Source of the DNA: Pelagomonas calceolata
Taxonomy: Eukaryota
NCBI GenBank assembly: GCA_918797485.1
Contig: CAKKNE010000005.1
Coordinates: 2,914,001-2,978,000, forward strand
Direction of reading: 5' to 3'
Length of the DNA stretch: 64,000 bases
Part shown: one piece after another, positions 1 through 10,170 of the stretch
Layout: every line of letters begins with the position of its first letter
How positions within the stretch are numbered: the stretch's first letter is position 1
Made by a program: the position numbers and the translations under genes
Notes under the pieces: generated by a model
The model's input: the letters and a program-made list of their open reading frames with translations, nothing else
The model's database searches: none
What the model was told of the DNA's origin: nothing

Positions 1-1301
1 ACCGGCGGCAGATGGCGCGCGATTGCGGCCGGGCCGGCGCCGGCCTCGTCCTCGTCCGACGGCGGCACCGGCGACGCCGCGGGCGGCCGCCGCGCCTCGA
101 GGACGCGGATGCGCTTCGCGAGGCGCTCGCGCTCGGCCTCGACCGTCGCGAGCGCCGCCTCGAGGTCCGCGACGCGCTGGTCCGGCGTGACCTCGGCTTT
201 GCGCGCCGCGAGCCGCACGAACCACGGCGACACGGCGCGCAGGGCCCGGTCGGCGGTCTCGGACCAGAACAGCGTCGTCGCCGCGTCCTGGGGGTAGGCG
301 AACTCCACGGCGCCGTCCTCGGCGACGAGCGCGCGCCAGACGCCGCGCTCGCCTTCCGAACCCCGGGACCACTCGAGCAGCGTGGTCTTCCAGAAGCCCT
401 CCGTCTGCGGCCGCGGCAGCGTGACGACGACGACGGGCCGCGGCGCCGCCGCCGCGAGCGCCAGCAGCAGCGCCGCGAGGAGCGCCTGGCCGTAGCCGCG
501 GCCGCGCTCGCCCGCCGCGACGGCGAAGGCCTCGATCTCGAAGACGTCGTGGACGCGGCCGCCGTGGACCGCGACCTGTGTGTGTGTTGCGTGTTGTGTC
601 TGCTCGATGGCGTATGGCCCCATCCCCACGCCGTCGACGCGTCCAGTGAAAACTCGCGTCAGCGCCCACGCCATCGACGCGACCCCACGACCAAAAATGA
701 TTTCCGCACGGACCACTGACCGCGGCCGTCCCGACGCGCGCCGCGGCGACGAACGCGCCGCCGCGCCGCAGCTCCAGCGCGAGCGGCGAGCCGTAGGGCG
801 CGAGGCCCGTCTCCGAGAAGAGGAGGCGCGCGGCCTGGCTCGCGCCCGACACCTGCGTGGAATCAAACTTTCGACGCCCCACGCCATCGACGCGATGCTC
901 CACTGGTCGCTTTCCACACAGCCCGCCACGATATCAAGCGAGGCGTCGCCGAGCGCCGCGCGCGCGAACGCCGCGGCGCGCGCGAGGTCCGGCGCGATCC
1001 GCGACGGCGTCGCCGCCGTGACGCGGACGACGGCCTCGCCGGCACGCGGCCGCGCGTCGCGGTTCGGGTGGAGGCGCTGGAGGAGGCGGTGCGCGCCGCT
1101 CGTCGCGGCGGTGACGGCGCCCTTGTCGAGGTAGTGCGCCAGCGCCGGTTGCAGCTCCCACTCGTGGTAGCGCAGCTGTCTCTGGGCGACGTGCGCTTCG
1201 AGCCCCGTAATGTTTTGCAGCTCTTTGACGAGCTGCTGCTCCTCGCGCGACTGGGGGCTCACATAGACTGGCGGCTCTTGCGGAGATCGCGCCGGTTCCA
1301 T
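1..1301 (-). CDS. UBA-like + GNAT acetyltransferase-like protein, spliced, 3' end outside window
   Basis: ATG at 1301. N-terminal QQLVKELQNITGLEAHVAQRQLRYHEWELQPALAHYLD is UBA-like. After removing introns 853-929 and 576-720 the frame reads FEIEAFAVAAGERGRGYGQALL (GNAT motif A), then a coiled-coil-like stretch, and stays open to the window edge. Confidence 0.7.
   Translation of the reverse strand, partial: MEPARSPQEPPVYVSPQSREEQQLVKELQNITGLEAHVAQRQLRYHEWELQPALAHYLDKGAVTAATSGAHRLLQRLHPNRDARPRAGEAVVRVTAATPSRIAPDLARAAAFARAALGDASLDIVAGCVESDQWSIASMAWGVESLIPRRCRARARPRASSSRRRASRPTARRSRWSCGAAARSSPRRASGRPRSVVRAEIIFGRGVASMAWALTRVFTGRVDGVGMGPYAIEQTQHATHTQVAVHGGRVHDVFEIEAFAVAAGERGRGYGQALLAALLLALAAAAPRPVVVVTLPRPQTEGFWKTTLLEWSRGSEGERGVWRALVAEDGAVEFAYPQDAATTLFWSETADRALRAVSPWFVRLAARKAEVTPDQRVADLEAALATVEAERERLAKRIRVLEARRPPAASPVPPSDEDEAGAGPAAIARHLPP
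576..720 (-). mobile_element. Degenerate introner-type intron
   Basis: Minus strand GTCAGT...CACACAG; TIR remnant GTGCGGAAATC; two CACGCCRTCGACGCG core copies; removal restores the host frame. Confidence 0.7.
853..929 (-). mobile_element. Introner-type intron
   Basis: Minus strand GTGGCGGG-CTGTGTGGAAAG...GATTCCACGCAG-GTGTCGGG: 8-bp TSD with one mismatch, TIR remnants and the core motif. Splicing gives DIVSGASQ in frame. Confidence 0.75.
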
Positions 1302-1838
1302 CGATGCGTCGTTTTTGTGAGTCGTTATACGTCGTATCAGTCACTACTGACTTGTTTGGCGTGCCGCCTCGTGGGCCTCTCGTCGCTTTAGCATTTTGCA
1401 GGGGGCACCAATCTGGTTGGCCGGTATATAAGGGACAAAACCGAGGAGTCGTCTTTCGGCGGGGAGAAATCCCTTGCCACTAATCAAAATTGGAACGACA
1501 CAGAGAACGAAAGGTGCAGGAGGCCTTCGTATGTCTAAGATTAGGTCTGCGAAAAGCGGAGATATTCATGGCCCCTGCGCAAGGATGACTGCTCCTTGAT
1601 CGGACCCGTCCCACGCACAAATCGAGAGAGGTTCGATAATTTTTCTGGTTCCGATTTTTTTTTTTTGTTTTTTTCAGAATTATCTGACAGAGAGAGCAGC
1701 GGACGACGCATCGATGCAATTGTCGTGGATGTAAGTAGCAGCCGTCGCATGCGATGCAGGCGCCGTGGAGGGCAACATCCCTTTTCTGCTTCGCATGTCT
1801 GGGTATCTTAGTGGCACGGGGTCTGGCAAACATGGTTC

Positions 1839-1860
1839 CTAGTGGCTAAAAGACCGCTAG
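1839..1860 (-). promoter_or_regulatory. CTAG-box motif (divergent copy)
   Basis: CTAGTGGCTAAAAGACCGCTAG, oriented toward the minus-strand gene starting at 1301 but ~540 bp away. Confidence 0.35.
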
Positions 1861-2151
1861 GCGTCTACCCCCCTACTAAGCCCTACGTATGCATACACGC
1901 ACGCGGGAGCGATCCCATAAGTACGCATGTAGGGGTACGAGTTTGGACATACGTACGTATGGCAGGCCCTGTTTCCGGCCCCGCCAAGGCAATTTTGTCT
2001 CTGAGGACCGGGCGCCTGGGCGTAGCAGGTAATCCTCTGACGTGCCGCGGCCCGATTTCCATTTCAGTGTCGGCGGCCCCGACATCTGTCCTTGATGATA
2101 ATAAGAATAGTCATACTTATTTTAGCTCATTTCTGCATACAAGCGAAAGTC

Positions 2152-4116
2152 CTATAAACGCCGCGCGGATTGCTCGAAACTGCATAGCGCGGCGCGGTCG
2201 ACCTTGAGGTCGTCCGCCGGCGCGGCGAGCTCGTGGCGGTTCGCGAGGCGGCAGACGCCGCCGCTCGTCGTGGGCACGTCGCGCGCGCAGTCGGCACCGT
2301 CGTAGCAGCGCTGCCAGCAGCGGCCGTTGACCGGGTCGACGGTCACGACGAGGTTCTGATTCTGGTGCGGCCGGCCGCGGCTTCGACAGAAGACGCCCTG
2401 GCCCTTGACGTTGAGGTGGAGGTACCGTTCCGACGGGAATTCCGCGGCGACGTAGCGCCAGGACATCAGCGCGGGGTCGCCGTTGTCGCGATGGTCGCGC
2501 CGGAGCGCCGCGAGCGCCACGGTCGCAGCAGCGGCGAACAGCGCCGGTGGCTGGCCTCGGTCGCCCGCTCGCGCGATGATGAACTTGTGGGGGAGCGCCG
2601 TCGCGTCGAGCAGCGGCGTCGCGGTGGCGCCGTCCCACGAACTCTCCCAGGAGTCCGCGTCCACGGCCGCCGCGGGCGCCGCGGGCGCCGCGGGCGCCGC
2701 GGCCTCCTCGGCGGCGCCCGGAGACGGCGGCGGCGGCGGCGGCTCGACGGGCGCTTCGATCTCGAGGCAGTCAATTTCTCCTGGTTGTAGTTCCGGTACG
2801 ACCAGCGTCTCGCGGAGCTCCGACCGCGTAAACGCGACGGGCCGGGAGCCGGGAAACAGCCTCTGCTCCGTCACGGCGAACGCCGCGCCCGCGGTGTCGC
2901 CGTGCTTCGTCGACCCCCAGACGCGGAAGCAGCGGTCGCGCGTGTAGACGCCGGTGTCGACGAAGCTCGTCGTCGTCCGCGCGTCGCCGCTCTGCACGGT
3001 CAGCGCGTCGCCGAGCGCCGCGACCACGCGCCGCGCGAGATGGCCGGCGTGCTGCGAGCCGGCGAGCGGCGCCGCGCGCCGCGCGCCGTCCGTCCAGTGC
3101 GACCGGAGGACGACGTGGCGCGAGAACTTCGTCGGCCGCGCCGACGCGAGCACGATCACCTCGATCTCCAGCGGCCGGTCGCCGGCGGCGGCCACCAACG
3201 CGTGGCACGCTGCGGACACGACGCGCTTCGTGAGCGCGTCGCCGTCGACGGCCGCGTTGAGGCCGTCCTTTCGCGTGAACTCGAGGTCGAAGTAGGCCCA
3301 GCAGGGCCGCCGCGCGTCGATGACCTCGTACGCGTGGCGGCGGCCCGCCGGCACGCACGCGTACGCTGCGTCGAACTCGGCCGGCGTCGCCACGAGCCAC
3401 CGCTTCGGTGCGCCGCCCGAACCGGCACGCGGTGGCAAGTCGAAGGCCCAGATGCGCCGGTCGTCCTTGTCGCCGGTGACCTGCTCCCGCGCCGCGGCCA
3501 GTACCCGGTGGATCAGCGGCCGCCCGAACGCGAGGAGGCTGTTGAACACGCTCGGCGCCGGGAGAGCGCGGCTCCAGACCTCCTCGGGCCATGTCACGCT
3601 CGCGGGCACGAGCGCGGCCGGCGCCGGCGGCACGGCGGCCGGCGCGGGCGTGCGCGCGACCGGCGTCTGCGCTGGCCGCGGCGCGGCGTCGGCGGCTTTG
3701 GCCTCGGCCTCGGCGCAGATCTCGTCCATGAGTTCCTGTTCCGCGCTCTCGAGGTCGTGGCGCTCCTTGACTTCCCTGAACATGACGGTCTTCGTGTGGT
3801 TGCGCGAGTGAGGGTCGATCGCGTCGTACTTCCCGATGGCGCGCCGTGCCGCGCGGAGCGGCGCGTCGCCGGAGCCGTGGAACCACGCCGTGCCCTTGGG
3901 CTTGCCCTGGCCGTAGGGCGGTACGTCGAGTTCGACGGTCACATCGTTGTGGTTCGTTCGGTCGCGGAGGTACGCGGCGGCGGCGCTCTCGGCGCGGGCC
4001 CGATTGTCCTTGTACCAGTAGGGCTGCACGCCGCCGAGAAATAGGGGGAACGAGTGCTTCTTGCGCTTCGGCGCGGACGCGGGCGCGGCGTCCTCGCGCG
4101 GGCGCTTTTGGTCCAT
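2152..4116 (-). CDS. PRIMPOL: DNA-directed primase/polymerase (PrimPol, AEP family)
   Basis: AEP motifs YEVI...AYFDLEF, KFSRHVV and FVDTGVYTRDRCFR; C-terminal zinc finger (FCRSRGRPH...CWQRCYDGADC); likely ATG at 4116. Confidence 0.9.
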   Translation of the reverse strand: MDQKRPREDAAPASAPKRKKHSFPLFLGGVQPYWYKDNRARAESAAAAYLRDRTNHNDVTVELDVPPYGQGKPKGTAWFHGSGDAPLRAARRAIGKYDAIDPHSRNHTKTVMFREVKERHDLESAEQELMDEICAEAEAKAADAAPRPAQTPVARTPAPAAVPPAPAALVPASVTWPEEVWSRALPAPSVFNSLLAFGRPLIHRVLAAAREQVTGDKDDRRIWAFDLPPRAGSGGAPKRWLVATPAEFDAAYACVPAGRRHAYEVIDARRPCWAYFDLEFTRKDGLNAAVDGDALTKRVVSAACHALVAAAGDRPLEIEVIVLASARPTKFSRHVVLRSHWTDGARRAAPLAGSQHAGHLARRVVAALGDALTVQSGDARTTTSFVDTGVYTRDRCFRVWGSTKHGDTAGAAFAVTEQRLFPGSRPVAFTRSELRETLVVPELQPGEIDCLEIEAPVEPPPPPPSPGAAEEAAAPAAPAAPAAAVDADSWESSWDGATATPLLDATALPHKFIIARAGDRGQPPALFAAAATVALAALRRDHRDNGDPALMSWRYVAAEFPSERYLHLNVKGQGVFCRSRGRPHQNQNLVVTVDPVNGRCWQRCYDGADCARDVPTTSGGVCRLANRHELAAPADDLKVDRAALCSFEQSARRL

Positions 4117-4443
4117 TTGCAGCTCTGTGTGAGCCGTATGCGGTCGCGCGCGGACCGCTCTTGTCACTTACGCGCGCGACCCCAAACGTACCTGTTCTTG
4201 TTCGGAAACGCTCCTACAGCCTTAATTTGACCACAGTATGCTCACAGTAGGACACACAGGCCGACGAGCGCTCCGCTTCCTAGAGTGTCTCGACGCTAAT
4301 AAAAGATTACCGCTTGGGCTCGCATCGCCCTACCAAACGAAAAGCGAGTCGTGCGTCGTTGCTGTGGGCGAAACGCCGACGAGGTGGCGCTGTTTGGAGC
4401 AACCTGACGAGCACTAAGGCTGGGGAGTCTAAGACAAAGCTAA

Positions 4444-4538
4444 AGATAAATCACTGGCGATCGAGCCCCGGGCCCAAGAGGTACTAAGTACAATAGAGCT
4501 CCTTGCCGGGCCTCCTGAGCTCGCGGGTTTCTACGTCG
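4444..4538. repeat. Dispersed ANK-adjacent repeat, copy 1, interrupted by a 31-bp insertion
   Basis: AGATAAATCACTGGCGATCGAGCCCCGGGCC[31 bp]CCGGGCCTCCTGAGCTCGCGGGTTTCTACGTCGA; otherwise near-identical to 26531-26589. Confidence 0.9.
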
Positions 4539-5382
4539 AAAATGCGACGACGACGCGGACGGCGTCCGTCGTCAGCGCGGGGAACTTCGGCTCGAACGTG
4601 GCGGTGAGCGCCGCGAGGTGCGCGCGTTCGTATCTCCTAAAGCCGCCGGCTCCGAGCACGCGGCGGACGTACGGGTCGCTTGTGTTGTCATAGTCGTAGA
4701 CGACGCACATGGCGTCGGCGCGAAGGAGATCAAGGGCCACGCGATGGCACCTCCTCGCCTCGAATTCGAGAGATTCCTTAAACGGCAGATGCATGGTTGT
4801 CCGGGCCCTGTACATCAATACATCTGCCTGAGCCAACGCTATGTCCAGCGGCGTATACGTAGACCCATTTAAGGACAACGCGTTGGTATTGGCCCCTGCG
4901 TCAATGAGCAGGGCGGCGCACTCAACCGAGCCATATCGTGCCGCCGTGTGTAACGCGGTCAAATTCTGGGACCCTCGGGCATTTACGTCGGCGCCGGCAT
5001 CGAGGAGCCGGGCCACGAACAACTCAGCCGACCCGCTGGATATTTTGAGAATCGCGAGCTGAAGAGGAGTCCTCAAGAACCCCCTGGGTATGTTGTTGAC
5101 CCCGAATTCTATCCAAGCTCCCCCGACTTGTTCGAGGTTCGGATTCGCCCCGGCGGCCAGAAGTAAGTTCAAGCAAGACAAAGCATTCCGGGGTGCTATG
5201 CCGTAGTTGACCCAGCCGTCGAGGAGACGGTGGAGCGGCGTCATGGTAAACGCGCCCGATCCGTTTGAGTTTGACCATTCTGCGCTGTATGCAAGATCTG
5301 GCGAGACGCCCTTGTCGAGCTCGGCTCGCATGCTGGCTTCGTCACCGCGGAAGGCGGCCTTGTGTATCGTCGGCCACAACAT
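4531..5382 (-). CDS. Ankyrin-repeat protein with family C-terminal box
   Basis: TPLH, TPLQLA, TALHTAA and TPLDIA repeats with GADVNA motifs; C-terminus YVRRVLGAGGFRRYERAHL...FPALTTDAVRVVVAF; the stop codon lies inside repeat copy 1. Confidence 0.85.
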   Translation of the reverse strand: MLWPTIHKAAFRGDEASMRAELDKGVSPDLAYSAEWSNSNGSGAFTMTPLHRLLDGWVNYGIAPRNALSCLNLLLAAGANPNLEQVGGAWIEFGVNNIPRGFLRTPLQLAILKISSGSAELFVARLLDAGADVNARGSQNLTALHTAARYGSVECAALLIDAGANTNALSLNGSTYTPLDIALAQADVLMYRARTTMHLPFKESLEFEARRCHRVALDLLRADAMCVVYDYDNTSDPYVRRVLGAGGFRRYERAHLAALTATFEPKFPALTTDAVRVVVAFST

Positions 5383-5546
5383 GTCGACGCTCCTTGCTAC
5401 TGCTTGTATGTCACGGTGCTCAAGGCCAGTGGAGGACCCGGGTATACGTAAAGCCCAGCGAGTATCTTACAGCTCGCAGCGCTGGTTGATATTGCGTCGC
5501 TATGTCAGCGGCGTATACGGACTGCCAAAGTAAAACCAAGTCTACC

Positions 5547-5589
5547 AAGGCCGCGGCGTGCTCTCGAAGGCCGCGGCGTGCTCTCGAAG
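5547..5589. repeat. 20-bp tandem duplication
   Basis: AAGGCCGCGGCGTGCTCTCG x2. Confidence 0.85.
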
Positions 5590-5690
5590 AGTACTGGCCC
5601 GAGGCGCTGGCAAGCGACGCGTCGGCTTAGCCAGGACGCTGACTACCGACGGCCGCTGACGCGCAGGCTAGCGCCGCGCGTCGGCTACTG

Positions 5691-5704
5691 CTAGTGTCTT
5701 ACAG
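5691..5704 (-). promoter_or_regulatory. CTAG-box motif (partial)
   Basis: CTAGTGTCTTACAG, oriented toward the minus-strand ANK gene (ATG 5382). Confidence 0.5.
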
Positions 5705-5749
5705 TCTTGCAGGTATGCCTTCGTCGCGCTATTACTCGTCTCTCTCGCG

Positions 5750-5771
5750 CTAGCGTCCCGTAAGACACTAG
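5750..5771 (+). promoter_or_regulatory. CTAG-box motif
   Basis: CTAGCGTCCCGTAAGACACTAG, ~165 bp upstream of ATG 5936. Confidence 0.65.
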
Positions 5772-5935
5772 CAAGCCTACTCGACGCCCGCGCGCGCGCT
5801 GATCGTGCTACAGTGCTTCACAGCAAGCGATACGAAGCTGTTTTCGCTGGGCGCAGCCCTACCATCCGCATTCTTGCACTACAGCCTCGCAGAAGCGCTC
5901 TACAAAAAAGCGCTCTCCCAAAGCCTTAAACTTAA

Positions 5936-8134
5936 ATGGAGCAGAACTGGGGCGCGCCGCAGCAACAGGGCGTCCAGTGGCCCGCGCTCGGGCCCTACGC
6001 CGCCTACGGCGCCTATCCTCCCATGGCGCCGCGCGCCTACCCCATGCTCATGGCGCCGCCGGCGCAACAAGGCATGCTCGCCGCGGCGCCGGCGCAACAG
6101 CTAGCTCCGCCGCCGCCGGCTGCGCCTCGGGCCGCGCCGAAAGACATCTCCACGTGGCTCGACGAGGTCAAGCCGGGCTACGGGGAGAAGTACGCCTCGA
6201 TCTTCGAAGACCTCGGCGTCGACGACGAGGAGGACGTTAAAAACCTGCGCGACGACCTCGCGCGGGACCTGCGGGCCGCGCTCGAGAACGCCGGCGCCAA
6301 GCGCGGCCACCTGAACAACATCGAGTCGGCGGTCATATCCAAGCGCGCCAACGCGGCGCCGCGGCACCTCGCGCTCCTGCCGCCGCCGCCGCCCCTCGCG
6401 GCGCCGCCGCGCGCCCTGCCCGCGCTGCTGCCGCCGCCGGCGGGTGCCCTGCCCGCCCTCCTGCCGCCACCACCAGCGGCGGGCCCGCGGCCCTCGGCGC
6501 TGCTGACGGCGTGGCTCGACGAGGTCCAGTGCCAGGGCCCCGTCCGGGAGCGCGTACTCGCCATCGCCAACGACGTGCCCGAGCTCTTCGCAACGTCGGT
6601 CGAGGACCTCGAGCGCGAGTGCAGCGCCAGCACGCTCAAGCCGCTCTCGTGGAGCCGCTTCCGCAAGGCCTTCGTCAAGGAGAAGGCCGCCCGCGCCGCG
6701 GCCGCCAACGCAGCGCCCGCGCTGCCAGCGAACAACGCCGCGCCCGTGACGCCTGTCGCCCCGGCGACGCCCGTCGCCGCGGCCGTGGCCGCGCCCGCCG
6801 ACGAGGAGGAGCTGCCGGACGCCCCGCCGCCGCAAGCTTCGGACGACGACAACGCCGCGCCGCCGCCGCCGCCGGCGGCCTCCGACGACGACGACGAGGA
6901 CGCGCCGCGCCGGTCGCCGCGCCGGTCGCGGTCGCCCCGGCCGCGCCAGCCCGCCGCGCCGGCGCCGCGCCGCTCGCGGTCGCCGCGCGCGCGCCAGTCG
7001 CCGGCCGCTCCGGCGCCGCGCCGCTCGCGGTCGCCGCGCGCGCGCCAGCCGGCCGCGCAGCCGGCGGCGCCGGCGGCGCCCACGTGGCAGGGCGACTTCC
7101 GCGAGCTGCTCGCGGCGATCCGGGGCAAGTCGCTCATGGAGCTCCGCGGGCCGTTGACGCGCTACGGGTTCAAGTGCGGCCCGACCTATCCTGGAAAGAC
7201 GTACTACGACGTCAGCGTCCCCATCATCTTCCCCTGTTATTACGACCTGGTCGGCAAGAACTACTCGCAGCACCAGGACTTCGTGCGGTCCACCGTGCAA
7301 CTCACGAAGTACCTCGAGGGCGCGCTCGCGCTGGCGCGCAGCGGCGGCACGATTCGATTGGAGTCCGCGCGCCGCGCCGAGCTCGAGACGTTGTCGTCGG
7401 AGTCGAAGCAGCGGAGCCTCGCGAAGCTCATGGTGCGCCGCTTCCAGCGCGAGTTGGCCGTGTCTGAAAGCTTCTGCGTTCACGCCATCGACGCGACACC
7501 CCGCGCAGGCAAGCTCCGAATCAGCATCCAGGAGAAGGTCGCGGCCGCGCTCTCGGACTCGCCGCGGCTGACGCCGTCGCCCGACAAGGCCGTCGAGGCG
7601 GCCAAGGAGCACGGCTGGAAAGCGGCCGATTTAGTCGAGGTCTTCCTCTGGGGCCAGGACGACTCGAGCGACGACGACGACGACGTCGATCCCGACGGCC
7701 CGCGCATTCTGGGCCTGCTCCGCCGCGGCGACCTCTGCACGCTGAAAGCCGACGACAAGGTTATTGTTAAGGTCGTGTCGGTCGGTCGGCGCAAGGTCGA
7801 CGTGACGTTCGTGAACTGGCACGAGGGCATGACCAAGTCGGTCAAGCCCTCGGAGCTCGTGCCGATGAACCTGGACGAGGGTCGCCAGTTGCGCCGCCGC
7901 GTCGGGCGGCTCGCCGTTGGGGCGCGCCTCGTCCGCGTTTCGTGCATGGACGGCTTCCACGACGGCGTGGTTCGGTCCGTCGAGCAGTTCGGCTACGAGG
8001 TGTGCTTTGCGGACGGCGACGAGGGCTTCGTCTCGCTCAAGCAGGCGCACGAGGCCGCGGCTCGAGCGCTCGAGAAGAAGCGGTCGGCGGAGGGGTCCTC
8101 CTCTTCCAAGCCGGCGGCGAAGAAGCGCAGGTAG
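5936..8134 (+). CDS. Pro-rich protein with SAM-like domains and C-terminal Tudor-like domains
   Basis: ISTWLDEVKPGYGEKYASIFEDLGVDD is SAM-like, with a second LTAWLDEV copy; RS-type repeats; Tudor-like FHDGVVRSVEQFGYEVCFADGDE; probable in-frame intron at 7449-7508. Confidence 0.7.
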   Translation: MEQNWGAPQQQGVQWPALGPYAAYGAYPPMAPRAYPMLMAPPAQQGMLAAAPAQQLAPPPPAAPRAAPKDISTWLDEVKPGYGEKYASIFEDLGVDDEEDVKNLRDDLARDLRAALENAGAKRGHLNNIESAVISKRANAAPRHLALLPPPPPLAAPPRALPALLPPPAGALPALLPPPPAAGPRPSALLTAWLDEVQCQGPVRERVLAIANDVPELFATSVEDLERECSASTLKPLSWSRFRKAFVKEKAARAAAANAAPALPANNAAPVTPVAPATPVAAAVAAPADEEELPDAPPPQASDDDNAAPPPPPAASDDDDEDAPRRSPRRSRSPRPRQPAAPAPRRSRSPRARQSPAAPAPRRSRSPRARQPAAQPAAPAAPTWQGDFRELLAAIRGKSLMELRGPLTRYGFKCGPTYPGKTYYDVSVPIIFPCYYDLVGKNYSQHQDFVRSTVQLTKYLEGALALARSGGTIRLESARRAELETLSSESKQRSLAKLMVRRFQRELAVSESFCVHAIDATPRAGKLRISIQEKVAAALSDSPRLTPSPDKAVEAAKEHGWKAADLVEVFLWGQDDSSDDDDDVDPDGPRILGLLRRGDLCTLKADDKVIVKVVSVGRRKVDVTFVNWHEGMTKSVKPSELVPMNLDEGRQLRRRVGRLAVGARLVRVSCMDGFHDGVVRSVEQFGYEVCFADGDEGFVSLKQAHEAAARALEKKRSAEGSSSSKPAAKKRR
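7449..7508 (+). other. Probable 60-nt GC-AG intron derived from an introner
   Basis: GCGAGT...CGCGCAG containing CACGCCATCGACGCGAC; removal gives RRFQRKLRISIQ. Confidence 0.5.
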
Positions 8135-8189
8135 TGTGTGCTGCTCGCTTCCCATCCCCTCGCTGACTCTTAAGTATGATATACTCTGT

Positions 8190-8390
8190 TTACGACGACG
8201 ACACGCTCCCCGGCGGCGGCGTCTCGCGGGCGCTGAGCGCGGCCCGCGCGTTTTGCAAGTTGTTCTCAATCCCCACCGTGTCCGGGTGCGCACCCCCGAG
8301 CACGCGCCGCGCGGTCCGTGTCATCTCCTCGAGCGTCGTCACGGCCTTGCGGATATCGTCGAGCGTGGCGCCGGGGTCCTTGAGCTCAAA
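8190..8390 (-). pseudogene. TPR-like repeat gene 3' remnant
   Basis: Minus frame reads PGATLDDIRKAVTTLEEMTRTARRVLGGAHPDTVGIENNLQNARAAL; no upstream ORF or start. Confidence 0.65.
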
Positions 8391-8679
8391 GCCATCCGCC
8401 GCTGCGTCGAGGCTAGGCTGCCCGCGCCGTAGAGTTCGTCAGCCACGTGCCGCCTGCGAAGAAACGCCACCGCCGGCGCTGGGGCACGTAATCGGCATGA
8501 ACATAGCAACAGTGCTGTGATCACAAAAAAAACGTGAAGGGGGGGGGTCGAAGCGGGTGGGGGACCGGCCGCCAGGGAAGTCAGGGAGGGTGCGGGGGTT
8601 TGGGTTTTGGGGGGGTTGGGTGGTTTGAGGAGTGTCTCGATCCCCGGGCCCGTACCGCCGCCATGGGAGAGAATGTGCC

Positions 8680-9880
8680 TTACCCTGACTGGAAGCGGGC
8701 GAAGCGGCCCCTCAGGTCCTCGTCGAAGTCGCCGTTGAGTACCTCCTGCCACAGTTCCGGGTCATTCTCGACCGCGTCGGCGAACTTTTTGACTCCACTG
8801 AGCGTGTAGGGGACGATGCGTAGGAGGGTGTGGCCGGGCGTCCTCGGCTCGGGCTAGTTCGGTAAAACATTGCAGTGGAGACGCGTGGCGCCCGAGAAGA
8901 TAGCAATGCGCACGTGGTCTGGGCACGCGGTCTGAATACGAATGCATCGACCTCCAGACGTTTCTTCGAAGATCATAAGATCATTCTTTTTGAGCGGCCG
9001 CCCGTCGACTTGCGCCGCGCCTTTCTGCTGAACATACGAATAGATGAGGGGCGAGCCCCTAGGGTGACGTACGTCCCCGGCGTCGACGTGCAGCCCGCAG
9101 GGCTGAAATGACCTCTCCTTCACATGACGGGAGCCGGCGTCCAGACCGAGAGGCTTGCCCGCCACGCGGACTACGACCTGGTTCACAGATAGGGAGTGCT
9201 TCGAGCGCCCGTCGTCGTCCGGGTGCTGCATGTCGTCGGTTGGTAACATGAGCGTGTCGCACATGACCGGGTGATTTGCGACCTGGGACATAGCCTCGAG
9301 TACGTCGGGAACTCCATGGTGTATAATCTCGGCGCACTGTCCGATTACCGGAGCCACGGCCGCCATGACCGACTCCACGGCCGGCTTGTGCGTGTCCTCG
9401 CGTATCCAGGGAACGACAACAGTGCCCTTTCCGATGTCGATGGTGCGCGTGGCCGGACTTGAAACAAAGCTGCCTGCAACTCCGGCGGGCCAGTAGGAAC
9501 CGCCCGTCTTCTCGTCATTCGTGAGCCCTTTCTGGCGCAGCGCCGCATCGACCTTTTTAAACGCCGCGTTAGTTAAGGCCCGTAACTGCGACGACGCTAC
9601 TGTTCCGCCGTCGGAGGGCGCGAAGATTACAATGGCCATCTCGTCTCCGGACGCGGCGTAGGCGTGCACCGTCAGCTTCTTTCCACAGGCGGGCGGCTGG
9701 ATCAGGAACGGTTCCAAAAGGTCAACATCCTTTTCTGTCAGGACCTTGACCTGACTCTTGGGATAACCCACAGTCCGCGCCCTCGCGTCCGGGTGTCCGG
9801 TGAGGCCGGTGCCTTCGATTACGAGATCGTTTCCGTCCGTTTCCACGCCCGCGACTAAAACGCCTTCCTTATCAGAGATC
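8680..9880 (-). pseudogene. 2OG-Fe(II) dioxygenase-like gene (possibly TET/JBP-like) with internal stop
   Basis: HxD (GLHVDAGD) and distal His (RLHCN); in-frame TAG at 8854-8856, after which the same frame continues PEPRTPGHTLLRIVPYT... to TAA at 8680; 5' end missing. Confidence 0.5.
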
Positions 9881-10031
9881 GAGGCCGGGAGCGCGTCCAG
9901 GAACGCGCGTACGTCGTCGACGACGCGGAGGCGGTGCGTCGCGCGCGTCCGCGCCGGACGCTCGGACTCGTCCGCGGGCGCCACGAGCTCGCCGACTGGG
10001 CCGAAGGGCGCGAGGGCCTTGAACGCGTCAC

Positions 10032-10170
10032 CCGTGTGGAAATCAAACGTTGGGGTGAGTAAGCCTAAGACGCCTCGTGCGAGGACGCCAGGCACTCTCG
10101 CGCTGCGTCGAGGCGGCCAGAATAGTACATAATACCTCCAGGCCGGCCCGACGAACTTGTTGAGCGCTGC
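10032..10170 (-). mobile_element. Decayed introner with acceptor AG mutated to GG
   Basis: One TIR (TTGATTTCCACACGG) remains; the insert splits GDDVTD from DAF. Confidence 0.55.

Noticed and set aside
12..1134. Plus-strand ORFs 12-719 and 580-1134
   Set aside because: Arg/Ala-rich shadow frames of the spliced minus-strand gene in high-GC DNA. The same applies to most overlapping ORFs in the track.
2152..4116. PrimPol as a sign of an endogenous virus or Polinton
   Set aside because: Host-like codon usage, a cellular PrimPol layout, and no capsid, packaging ATPase, PolB or integrase genes in the window.
8598..8621. Telomeric repeat
   Set aside because: The GGGTTT-like units are irregular and too few; treated as a G-rich tract.
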